From Bispira polyomma (Eukaryota): DNA of 64,000 nucleotides. The stretch covers positions 36,952,001 through 37,016,000 of the forward strand of contig OZ287748.1 in assembly GCA_965649765.1 (NCBI GenBank). Direction: 5' to 3'. Numbering within the stretch: position 1 is the stretch's first letter; the number at the start of each line of letters is the position of its first letter. The notes beneath the pieces are model-generated. The model worked only from the letters and a program-made list of their open reading frames with translations. It was not told where the DNA came from and searched no databases. Position numbers and translations under genes: made by a program. Positions 12,805 to 25,288 of the stretch are shown here, piece after piece.

Positions 12805-15800
12805 ACGGGCACAGTTTTGGGGTGTGGAAGTTGATGTCCTAAACACATACAAACAGTGGCAGAAATCGAAGGTGGCCATATTGTGTCAAGAAAATGCTTA
12901 TATTTGAAAATACGAGAATTCTAAGTTGGTAAAATAAGACCATATTAGTTATTGCCAGCGTCCAAGGGGTTCCTTCAATAACAAAAATATAGTGGCAAAA
13001 ATACATTTATACACTTTTGAATTAATAATTAGATAAGCCGAATTTAACAAACCCATTCTAATTGTTACCACATGGTGCAGGTTTGCACTATATAGAATAC
13101 TGTTATTTTAAAGTGAAACCCCCTGAATATACACCAACAAAAATGTAAATAACTGATACTCTATCTTAAGGCCTAGTCTTATTCAGATGTGCATTCATGA
13201 CCGTAGCGGGTGGCTTCGCCATGGATCTAGTGTTACACGACAGGCACATCTATCCATCGTCCCTCCTCCCATACCTCTCAAAAAACCCCCTAAGCCGAAG
13301 GTGAGGCGAGTTCCAAATGAAACTGTGACAGCCGTGCTTGTGGAATGAAACGTATCTTCACTGACCCCAACTAATGAGAAACTAAGACATAATAGACAAT
13401 AAAGAACCCCTACTAATACATCACTAAGTGTAACGAGCGTTCCCAAACTGCTACTAATGCGAAACAAGCAAAAACGAGCCACAATGAGCCAACACAACCT
13501 GTTAGTGATGAGAACCGCAACGAAAACTAATAAACACGTATATAACCCCCCCCCCCCCGCCCCCGCCCCTCCCCCCGACCAAACCCCTCACGAACGAGCA
13601 TTCAGCCCTCAATCTTTTGAAGAGTTCAAGACTTTCGTGCCTGCCAGACTAATACTCACAGAAGATTTCAAAAGTGCTCCTAATGTAGACAAACTGAAAA
13701 CCTGAAAATAAAGTTGAAACCTAATGTGACTGATCGTGTGAAAGACGTCCGTGGTGCGTTCGTGACGGGCATTCGTCCAAATGAGAACTGGGTCTTACTT
13801 ACATCAATATACACTTTAAACTAGTTTTGGAAAGATTTGTTGTGACCAAATACACTACTGTTTACTGGAATAAAAAGATTCAAAATGCCTGGTAGGACTT
13901 GGTGAACCCTAGATCCATGTGTTTGGGTTTCATTACGTCAGTTATATGGTCTGTGTACTTGACCCAATATTTGTCAGTTCCAAACTTTTTGGAGCTTAGC
14001 TATAGACAGAGAAGACTGCTGGTGAGACAAATACATAAGTTCTCTTGGGAAATACCAGAACTTGTACCCTACTTGATAAAAATGCCAGAGGTTTTGCAAA
14101 CTCAGAGTGTGTTAGAACAAGAGCTATTTGGACAGTGGTTTCAAAGGAAACCCCCAGACGTCTCCAATGAATAAACTCATCAATGACAGCAATCTTCAGT
14201 GATGTGTATGTGTTAAGGGGATTACAAAATACAACCTTTCCAAACTGAGCTAGGTGAAAAAGTTTTTGTAGGGGTAAAAAATCACCAGGGACTACACAAA
14301 CACCAGACAACTACACGGAAGTCCGTCACTTCTAAAGTCTTTAATTAAAATACAGCACACTCACACTCAAAAAACAATCAATATCCATACTGTGTTTTTT
14401 CTCTCTCTCTCATTTACTAACACTGAACTTAATTTTTGAAAACTGTGCTGTTAAATACTGTGTTATCATTACCTGCTAACTTGATACACACATGTGTATG
14501 TTGGCTTTGAAAACACTAATAACACATAAATGTCTGAAATTTGTTTGAAAGAAGTTTCATTATTGCCATCAGCAATGATTTTTACACAATTTACTTTACT
14601 ATTGGATACTTATAAACATGAAAACTCAAAAAAAGTTTAGTTAACTGTTTTATTTTCATAAAAGAGAATAATGTTTAATACAGCAACAAGTATTGTGTAA
14701 ATCTTTGGTGCTCAATTTACGAGTTATATACAAAGGGTGTTTATCAGAATTTATCAGAAAGCCAATTTTAAAATAACAGTATATTATTATTAGTAGGGGT
14801 ATGTTTTTAGGTGTACTTGAATTATTTCTCTTGTGCAAATCAAATGGATGAAATAAGTAGCACCGATTTTATCACTTAAGCAAAGTGATCATGTCAAGTA
14901 AGATGAAATTTACAAGAAGGCTTTGGACAGGGCCTTTTTCTCCAGAACACCAGATCTGAGTTGATCACATCAATTGGTCTACATAAGGGAAAGACACATC
15001 AAATGTTTGCACATTATCCCTGGGAAGTTTGAGGGAGGAAATGACTCCTTCAGTTTAATGAAACGTAGCTTTTCTATCAAAATAAAAGCACTTTGATCTT
15101 TCCATTTTTACCTGTCTTTTTATGGCAAGCCTTAATCATTTATGTGCAGTGTTATAAGAATATTTTATAAATATTCCTCAGACAATCTGTTTAAGTTCTA
15201 GGAAATTCTTGGAAAACCTGTTGAACTGATACTAAATAAAATGGCACTAAACCCCACACATATTATTTCCAAAAGCTGTGTATGTATACGGCAATATAAA
15301 TGGATGCATTGTATCATAAATGGTTTCCTCCTTGCTGCTAAATGATGTTGTGTCATATCTTCATAATTCTTTGTGAGTCCTTAGTTTTGGTTTAAGTCTT
15401 AGAACTTGGCAATGAGTGCTTGACATAGACAAGCTGGCAGACTTTGGTTCTTGCCTATTACATTAATCAGAGAGGATGTATAAAACAACTTTATGTAAAA
15501 TAAGCAGCAGTGATACTGTCAATAGTGTCAGTAATCTACTTGACTACGTCCTCTCTTGATGATGTAATATTAAGATTTATTGATAGCCATAGACCATGAT
15601 CTGTCAGTCCTTCCACGCTTGAAAATTGTGTTTTTTGTTTCAGAATATAGTCTTTATAAAAACTTATTTATGGATGCATAACTTAGAATTAAAAAAAATC
15701 AAATCAATCATGGAGTATTATGATACGACTATAAATTGTCAACTGTGACCTTAAACAGCTATTGCTGTAAATGAAGCTCTCTGTATTTTATTAGCTATGT

Positions 15801-17260
15801 AATAAAGAGATATCTTTATTAACAAATTAAATATACTGTTTATATCTATGCTATGATGACTCTATTATGAACTGGCTATAAAGATACAAATTTTCTATTT
15901 TAAGGCAAAGTAAGATAACCTTGAACAAAATGCAAATACACCATTGTAATAAACTTTAACCTGTCCATCAAATAATCCCCACAACCAAAACATCCTAATG
16001 TTTTCCAATATTATCGCTGGTACATCAAGAAGTATAATTAGAGTTTTTTTAAAAGAATCAGTGGCCAGGAGAAAAACCTGACACAACATCACAGAAAAGG
16101 TTTTTATATGCTATATTCTGTATGCTGACATCATTCCTTTGTGGGAGACCCCTCTTTAAACGCTGCGGTAGAAGTCAATTAACCACAAGGAAACCGCATT
16201 AGTTGATGTCCCCTTATTTGATCATGAAATGCTTTGAATTCAAGGGAACAGGAAATTTCATTATAGCAAATTTTGACAGTTGCAGCAAAATTTTGTATCT
16301 TGCTTGTTTTTTGTCAGTCTTTTTTATCTTCATCAGGACAATTCCACCCCCCACCCTGAGGCTTTTTCACTTTCCCTATTGAATAATATAGACTAAGTAA
16401 TATTGGTAAAATCATAGAAAGTTCTGGCTGCAAAAAGACCTTGACTCTTTATTCTTGTAATATTTGGTTGTAAATTTTTAGCTCTGCATGCTTTACCACG
16501 AATTAGTAGCGTCAATATATTTGGCACGGTTAATACAGGTTTCTTTACTTAAAATTAATCACAATTACCATAGCTTCTTGCAACACTTTTTGCATGAAAA
16601 ATATTGAATGTTCCCAATTGCTTTCAGAATGACATTTCAACACAAAAGATGAAATATCCAGTATCTGCTTGAATGAAAGTTTTTTGTGTCATGTTGAAGT
16701 TTGTCGTATCCATTCTGTAATGATACCTTTGACGCTAAAGAAACCCACACAAGTGACTGCAGTGAAAAGGTCAATTACAGGTTCATTATTGTTTCTGTTG
16801 AAAGTGCCTTTGTACATCAATCAACAAATTAGGGTGTCACATAAACATATCTCAAAGAAGACAGTCATATTCACGAGGGGTATGATGCGATTACATTAAG
16901 ACATATTGATATGGTCTTTGTCTAAACCCTCTATTTTCTTCGAGTACCTTTGACAAGAAACTTGGGCACCTATTGTGTTGCAATAAATGAACAGGTGGTT
17001 TTGTTCCAATTAAGTCAGAGTTCCCCCCCCCCCCCCCCCAACCTTTTCACTCGGCTGAATAGGTAATATGGATGTGACCTTCAAGGAGTTTAGAAAACCC
17101 ACACTGCCATTTAGTAGTAGTAATCCAAATGTGTCAATATGGGATGGTTTCCTCCTATAAGTGGCCATTAATGCTGATTACCAGAAGATATACAACACAT
17201 TCTATCACACTTTGTAAACATAACAATCTAAAGCTGGTTTTTGTCAAGAATTTAAATATT
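12805..17260 (+). repeat. Intronic tandem segmental duplication, copy 1
   Basis: Colinear matches to 17824-22510 (e.g. 12868~17918, 14045~18803, 14155~19388, 15386~20587, 17041~22274); outer boundaries approximate. Confidence 0.9.
13170..13794. mobile_element. PIF/Harbinger-type MITE (in duplication copy 1 only)
   Basis: Imperfect TIRs ggcctagtcttattcagatg and (rc) gacccagttctcatttggacg, flanked by TAA/TTA (TWA target); GC-richer interior; no counterpart in copy 2. Confidence 0.55.
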
Positions 17261-17535
17261 GTCACAGTTTGCCACAGTAAATATGTATATCCTAGATATA
17301 TTTACACATTCTGTTGTCTGTTACAATAAATATGGGTAACATATGAGACTTGCAATATTTGGGAAATTACAAAATAGCAAACCCCTTTTAGCAATGCAGT
17401 TAAATAGGCCACCCTGTTGTGATGAGTATAATATAATCTAAGTATTGATGTGGGGTTTTAGTTTGATATCACTCTCAATATGGTCACTGTAGACCATTGT
17501 CTCGAGTGCCTTGTGTAAGAGTTCAATCTCTGGAC

Positions 17536-17648
17536 CTGGGCCTGTATTCATAAAAGGACTTAGCCAGGTCTTAGGCTTAAATCTAGCACAAAAGTATACT
17601 GATTTAAGCCTAAGACCTGGCCAAGTCCCTTTGTGAATACGGCCCCAG
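17536..17648. mobile_element. Palindromic MITE (~113 bp)
   Basis: ctgggcctgtattcataaaaggacttagccaggtcttaggcttaaatc ... gatttaagcctaagacctggccaagtccctttgtgaatacggccccag is a near-perfect fold-back; related termini at 30356-30506 and 63684. Confidence 0.8.
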
Positions 17649-17823
17649 CATTTAGGATCAATGGTTAGACTCACTGGTGCCTAGAGTCAAACATTCTAAC
17701 CACTATGCCACAGAATTAATTTTTTTAGGGTTTACATAATTTTTAACTTTGGTAATGTTGTAAGATCAAATTTATTGGTGGAGGAAACCAGTACTTCTGA
17801 TTCATTTATAGTATTTATTATAA

Positions 17824-20800
17824 TGGGCACAATTTGGGGAGGGAATGGGCGAAAAGCCGACATTGCCCTAAACATGTATGTTAGGATGTTGTTGCGACTT
17901 ATCATAGTAGCAGAAGTGGAAGGTGGCCATAGTATGCCAAGAAAAGTGCTTAGATTTGTAAATATGAAGTATAAATCAAGAAAAGTCAAATTAATCATTT
18001 CTGGAGCACTAGTGTTCCACCAATACCAAAAATAGCGACCTGAGATGCCTGCTACCCTTTAAACACATGGGCGTATTAATATTATAGATAAGAATAATTT
18101 TTTTCATATTAGGTGTAAAAATGTATGTAGCAAAGTAAGAGTGTGCTATTTAAATTACCATTTATTTAATGTAGGCAGAAGGATGAAGTGCGGGTATTGC
18201 ATTACCTTGTCATAGAGTTAATCAGATTGCCCTCTAATTCTGTCCAGCACATTTCATTTTTTCTGTTGTTTTTATTTTCACATAAACTATACTGCCAAGT
18301 GAGTGCGTGATGAAGATAAGACATTTTTTCCCATTTAAGCCAAAGTGGGAGGGAATGTGTTATAGTTACCAGGCTTAAAGGGTTATGGTAGCATTTTACT
18401 TGACAAAATTGTTATCAAGGCAAAGGTAATGTGTTCTGACACTCCCTGTCTAGTTGTTGATTTTTTGTCAGCAGGATTATGCCCAAAATAAACTATTGAT
18501 TTTGTCCAAACTTTGTGGGGGCTAGGGCATAGGGAAAAGGAAGACACCATTATATGTTGGTGCAGGTCCAGATAAATGTAAGTAAGTAATGAGTACCTAA
18601 TGTGTCCTTTAGTGAGTATCTACCTTATATCTCAAAACACACTAGGAACTAGAGTGTTTTGGTCAAATAACTTAATCATCTACTCTTTATATGCTATCAG
18701 ATGGACGACTGTGATGGGTGTAAGTCTGTAGCTAAAGCACAGACCTTTTTAGGATTTGTGCAATAAACACAAAGTAAACTGCTGATGTAAGTCTAGTTAT
18801 TATGGGAAATACCAGAACATATACCTAACTTGACAGTGAAGCCAGAGGCAGGCTAAGCATTGTGCCTTAAGTGTTATGTGCATATAAATATTTTTACTAT
18901 GTGTCATAAACAAGCTCTACTCTATTCAAAAACATATTGATATTTTTAAAATAGCTTTATGTAATCGCAGTAATTAGTTAGAAGTTACAAATACAATAAA
19001 TGTACTTTTACAAAAATTATTTTGGAGTTTCATTATGAAAAATGGTTTTGCAATTTCAGAGTGTATTGGCACAAGATTTTTTTGGTGTAGTGTATGTATT
19101 TGGGATTACAAAACACAGCATAAATACACTGCACTAGGTCAATAAATCTGAAAATTTGTGGGGAAAAAGTATTAAAGTGATAAAACAAACACTACTCATC
19201 AAGTAAACTGTGTTGTACTTATTCAAAAACATATTGATATTTATAAAATAGCTTCATGTAAAAGAATCATTAGTTGGAAGGTATAACATTATAAATGTAC
19301 TTTTAAAACAAAGACAGAGTTCCATTGTGGTGACAATGGTGTTGCTAATATAGAGCTTTTTTGGTAGCATTTTTTGAATAAAAAAACCCAGACGTCTCCA
19401 TTAAAAAAGTAACACTGACAGCAATTTGAAGTAGTGTATGCATTAATAATTACAAAACACAACCTAAATCAACAAATTTTTGTTGGTCAAAAAGTAACCA
19501 GAGACAAGTCAAACACAAGACAACTGCTTAGACCACTGTCACGTCTAAAGTCTGTAATTAAAATACACCACCCTCACACTAAAACAATCAATACCCATAC
19601 TCGTTTTTCTCTCTCATTTGCTTACCAACATTATAGATAAATTCCTTAACACTATAGATAAATTCCTTAAACCTGTGCTGATGAACACTGTGTTATCACA
19701 ACCTGCTAACTTTATACACACAGGTGTATGATGATTTTCAAAATATTAATAACACCCATATTTTATGTTTGTTTGAAATAAGTTTCATAATTGTTACAAA
19801 ACACTAATTTTTTTTCCCACTATTTACTTGGCTATTATATATTTATGAACATAAAAAGTCACCAAAGTTTAATCACAGTTTTATCTTGACAGAACAAAAT
19901 AATGTTTAATACAGCAATACGTATTTGTAGAAAGTTTTAAACTAACTGCATATTACCGGTATTATTAGTTGTGGTATGTTTTTGTGTACTTTAGTGTATT
20001 TCCCTTGTGCAAATCAAATGGATAAAATAAGTAGCAGCGATTCCATCACTTAAGAAAAATGATCATGTCAAGTTAGATAAATTTACAAGAAGGCTTTAGA
20101 CAGGGCTTTTTTCTCCGAAACCCCAGAGCTGAGTTGATCACATCAATTGGTCTACATAAGGGAAAGACACGTCAATTGTTTGCGTGTTATCCCTGCAAAG
20201 TTGGAGGGAGGAAAGGACTCCTTCAGTTTAATGAAACGTAGCTTTTCTGTCAAAATAAAAGCACTTTGATCTTTCCATTTTTACCTGTCTTTTTATGGCA
20301 AGCCTTAATCATTTATGTGCAGTGTTATAAGAATCTTTTATAATTAGTTCTCAGACAATCTGTTTAAGTTCTAGGAAATTCTTAGAAAATTCTTAGAAAA
20401 ACTGTTGAACTGGTACTGAATAAACTGACACTGAAACTTCCCACATATTATCCCCAAAAGCTGTGTATGGATATGGCAATATAAATAGATCCATTGTGTT
20501 ATATATGTCTTCCTTGCTACAGAAAGATCTTATGTCATATCTTTGTGATCTTGTCCTTTGTGATCTTGTCCTTTGTGATCCTTAACTTTGGTTTAAGTCT
20601 TAGAACTTGGCAATGAGTGCTTGACATAGACAAGCTGGCAGACTTTGGTTCTTGCCTATTACATTAATCAGAGAGGATGTATAAAACAACTTTATGTAAA
20701 ATAAGCAGCAGTGATACTGTCAATAGTGTCAGTAATCTACTTGACTACGTCCTCTCTTGATGATGTAATGTTCAGATTTATTGATAGCCATAGAACATGA

Positions 20801-22510
20801 TCTTGCACTCCTTCCATGCTTGAAAATGGTGTTTATTTGTTTTGGATTATTGTCTTGGTCTTTGTAAAAACTTACTTATGGATGCATAACTTAGAATATA
20901 AAAAATTTAAGTCATGGTGTATGATACGACTATAAATGGTCAACTATGAACTTAAACAGCTATTACTGTATAAATGACAGTATCTGTATTTTACTAAATA
21001 TGTAACAAAGAGATATCTTTATTAACAAATAAAATTAGCCTTTTATATCTATTCAAACTGTCTATTTTAAGGGAAGGTAACATAGTGTTGAACATTATAC
21101 CACTACATCCTTGTAATTTACTTTATAATGTCTTCGCAAAATAAAATGCCAAAAACTAAAATGTTTTCCTGTATTATGGTTGGCATAAAAAAAGTTATAT
21201 GCAGAGATGTTTTGAAGAATCTGCGACAAAGAGTAACACCTGACAACATTACAGAAAAGGTTTCCATATGCTATATTCTTCTGTATGCTGACATTACTTT
21301 GTGGGAGGCTCCTTTAAACACCAAAGTAGAAGACAATAGCCTGCTGGGAAACCACATTAACTGATGTCGCCTTATTCAATCATGAAATGCTTTGAATTCA
21401 AGGCAACAGGAAGTTACATTATAGGAAATTTTAACAGTTCCAGCTAAATTTTGTATCATTATGTCAGTCTTCTCTAGTTTCATCTGTACAGATTCCCCCA
21501 CAGTGTTCTTCACAGTCTCTCTCTATTAGATTACTACATAGACTAAGTAATAATGGTTAAAACATAGAAAGTTATAGCTGATAAACTAGCTTGTCTCTAA
21601 TTTTTGTAATATCTTGTTGCAAACTTCTAGCTCAGCATGTTTTAACAACAGAATCCATCAAGTGATGGATAACGCCATTGTAGTGTCAATATATCTGCTA
21701 TGGTTAATACATTATATTAGTTTAAATATCTCATAATTACCATAGCACAACATCATAGCACTACCATATAGCACTGCTATAGCACCAACCATATGTTGGA
21801 GATAACAAGTGTTAACGAGTGTTTTGCAATTGCTTTTAGAATGGCATTTCCTTGCCATAGAATAAATATCCTTTTTGTGCTTGAATGAAAATTCATCAGC
21901 CTAAAAAAGTAAAAATGCATTTTTACTATGATATTGAGGTTAATTGTATCCATTCTTTAATGATACGTTTGACGCCCACTCCAGTGACTACTGTGAAAAG
22001 GTCAATTACAGGTCCATTATGGTTTTCCGCTGAAAGTGCCTTTGAACATCAATCAACAAATTAGGAAGTCACATAAACATATCTCAAGGAAGACAGTTCT
22101 ATTTACGGGGGAAATAATGCCATTACATCAAGACATAAGGCATATTGAAATGGTCTTTGTCTAACCTCTCTATTTTCTTCCAGTATATTCCACAATAAGC
22201 CTGTGGCCTATCTCCACTATTGTTGCAATAAATGAATAGGTTGTTTGTTCCAATTAGGTCAGAGTTTTTCCCCCACCTTTTCACTCGGCTGAATAGATAA
22301 TATGGATGTGACCTTCAGGGAGTCCAGAAAAAGACAGCCAATTAGTAGTGGTAATCCCATACGGGTAATTAGACCATACAAGATGATTTCCTTGCGTAAG
22401 TGGCCATTAATGGTGATTATTAGAAGCTACACCACACATTGCAGCCCACATTTAAAAAAACAAAACAATCGGAAGCTGTTTTTCCTAGATAAATTTAAGA
22501 TTTACATTCA
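17824..22510 (+). repeat. Intronic tandem segmental duplication, copy 2
   Basis: As for copy 1; background identity roughly 75-80% by eye, with near-identical blocks. Confidence 0.9.
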
Positions 22511-24799
22511 TATCACATAATTCGTATAATTTAGCACAAAAAATTAGCACAACCAGTTTTAACTATGCACTTAAGTATCTCATTATGTAGTGATGCAAGC
22601 TTGGAATTGATATACGTGGATGGAAATGGATAGCTGTTGTAAAAGGATTCAAACTCCAGACCTACATCAATGATCAGAGCTGAGCCTCTCTAATTTAAGG
22701 TTTTAAGTTTTCTCCTAAACCCAGAAAGTGTTTCTAGTGATCTAAGGGAACCATTCCATAGCATAGGGTAAGCGATCGAGAAAGCTCTCGATCCAGCCCA
22801 CTTGGTGGGTTTAACAGAGGCAAGTTTCATCACATGGCAAACTGGGCTTTTATTTGTTAAAGAGCACATAAATCACCTATCTATGGGTGTCATGGCATAG
22901 CTAGTGACACCAATGAAAAGATAAATTGATGACAGTTGTAATAACATGTCAGCAATTACTCTAGCACTGACAAATATATTGTGTTAAATATTGATGTTTG
23001 TACTACACTGGTTTTCATCTAGATGGATTACATACATACATTATGGTGATGGTCATACTTTTAAAAATAACATAAATCTCGAGTTTCAACATAAAAAACC
23101 GTGTAATCAATACCAGTAAAATAAATGTTTTATGTGACTAAACACCTGCAATACCTTGTGAATGTATTCAGAAAGAAAACATTTTAATTATTGTTATACT
23201 AAGATCTTGATCCAGAGCAACCTATGAATATTGGGTTGTTTAGTGTTTATACCAAACCTTGTTTCTATATCTTTTTTCAGACTACAGAAAAAAATGAAAA
23301 CATAGTCTCAGGTTATAGAGGAATATTGATAACACCTTTCATTGAGAAAGAAAAAAAGAACATCCTAGCGGTTTTGGGAAGTGATGTAACACAGTTACTG
23401 GTCGAAAAGTAAGGTAATATTGTGTATTATAGACACATTATGACCCATTGTGTTTAACAGTAGACATTTGATATGGCATGTAAAGGTCTAGAGCTAACAA
23501 AATGCAAAATGAAGATTAAAAATTATACTAGTCTTATGTTCTAGGGGGGAAAGCGTCACCATCTGTTTAAAAGGAAACCCATTAGTTTACGTTATGTTGT
23601 CTTGCCAAGGCAGAAGTATGATTTATCAACCAAGCTATTTGTTTTCGCATGAGGAATCAACATCTCCCCCATAAGCTAAATGGTCAGTTACCACCCTTTT
23701 ACTTGTAGTTTTTCCGTGCAATGGTGCCATTTTCTGTCTTAATCCACGTGAATGAGATTAATGAGTTTGTGTATGAAGATATTTATCACTGGCACTCTTG
23801 ATATGGTCAGCCCCTTTAACCAAACATGACACTAGCATCTAGGAAATATTTCCCAGTGGGATAGCTATAAATCAATGTACATACACACATAGCAAACCTG
23901 CTGTGGTATTTTTTTTACTGCTGTGGTGGTCTTAAATTCAAAACTAGATCTTGTACGTTACTTCTTTATTGGTACTGTAACAGAACTTAGAAATAAAACA
24001 TATAAATATATTTAAACATTGAAATGACCTGTTATGTTTCCATTTCAAATTTGTTTTTCAATTACACTGTTCACATGGCTTATTTTTTACTAATTCAGAA
24101 AACCTGTGTGGATTTATTTTAGGCTCATGTTAATCATTTTCATTAGTTCCCTGTTTGTTTAGTTTTAGTTTAGAATGTTTGTTTGGAACAGCCTCTTGCC
24201 AGGGTTTTGAACTACGACAAATGAAGGCTTCCAATGACTAAGTTGTTTTGACGGCTTCAGAGTAAGGTTACACAATAACTAATACCAATGAACTTTATCA
24301 GCAGACACCAGCCAACTTTGATAGATTAATGTAGATGATAGATAGCAGAGGAAAGTTGAGAAATATCTTACCTTTGTTCTTTATGTTAAATCCCCATGTA
24401 GTTAATCAGCATATTTGGTTATGTTAAATATGTGACGTATACGAAAATTAAGACAGACATGTCATGACTTTAAAAGACATTGAAGAAATTAGTTATTTCT
24501 GCCAGAAAACTTAAGATATCCCAAAGAAATTCTACTGAAAAAAACCATATGCTTGCTTCAATGGATCCATTTTTGAAAGCGATATCAACAAATTGTTGTA
24601 AGATACTATCTGTAAAGTAAATATTTTGATGAAGGTGGTCTTGCGATGCCATCTATGAGGGAACTAACTGTAAGGCTTGATGATATTCAAAAACAAGCAA
24701 CGGTGATAGGATTGTATTGGACTCGTGCAACCATTTCTTGTATTTTTGGAAAACAAATAATCACACATAATAGTCAAGCAGATGGACACTGCTGGATTT

Positions 24800-24998
24800 T
24801 TTAATTTAGTTGGGTTTTACGGCGCTTTCAACAGCTTAGGTCATATCATGATGGGAAAATTTAATGGTAGAAGAAACCAGTGCTAAACCACCAGTTTTAA
24901 CCACGTACCTGACAAACCTTTCTACATGAAGGAACAAAGTTGATTCAAATGGAGGTGAGAGACCAGTGATTGTGAAGTAAGCACTATGCCACCATAGT
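24800..24998 (-). mobile_element. tRNA-derived SINE, same family as 31636-31890 (degenerate)
   Basis: gaggtgagagaccagtgattgtgaag is the exact reverse complement of cttcacaatcactggtctctcacctc in the 31.6-kb SINE; further remnants near 17670-17795 and 50135-50260. Confidence 0.75.
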
Positions 24999-25117
24999 CA
25001 TCGCTGGAACATATACTTGTAATGAAAGAGTTCTAGTTTGTCCAATACTACTGTATATACTCCTATCTTAGAAATATTAAAACAAGCAATAAGATGTTTT
25101 ACAATAGAAACAGGTCT

Positions 25118-25288
25118 CTTAGATATTTAAGGTTGACATAGGAGTGTCAGACTGACTTAGATATTTAAGGTTGACATAGGAGTGTCAGACTGACTTAGGT
25201 ATTTAAGGTTGACATAGGAGTGTCAGACTAACTTAGGTATTTAAGGTTGACATAGGAGTGTCAGACTGACTTAGGTATTTAAGGTTGA
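25118..25288. repeat. 38-bp minisatellite, ~4.5 copies
   Basis: Unit cttagRtatttaaggttgacataggagtgtcagactga at 25118, 25156, 25194, 25232, 25270. Confidence 0.95.

Noticed and set aside
13195-13705. ORFs of 100 and 82 aa with a proline run
   Set aside because: They lie inside the Harbinger-type MITE; the prolines come from a poly-C tract.
15410-15445. SECIS- or snoRNA-like reading of the conserved block (ATGA..., TGATGA)
   Set aside because: No correctly spaced GA quartet with an AA loop and no matching D box; not in a 3' UTR.
25118-25288. Regularly spaced 38-bp repeats, superficially CRISPR-like
   Set aside because: Units are contiguous with no unique spacers; eukaryotic context; plain minisatellite.
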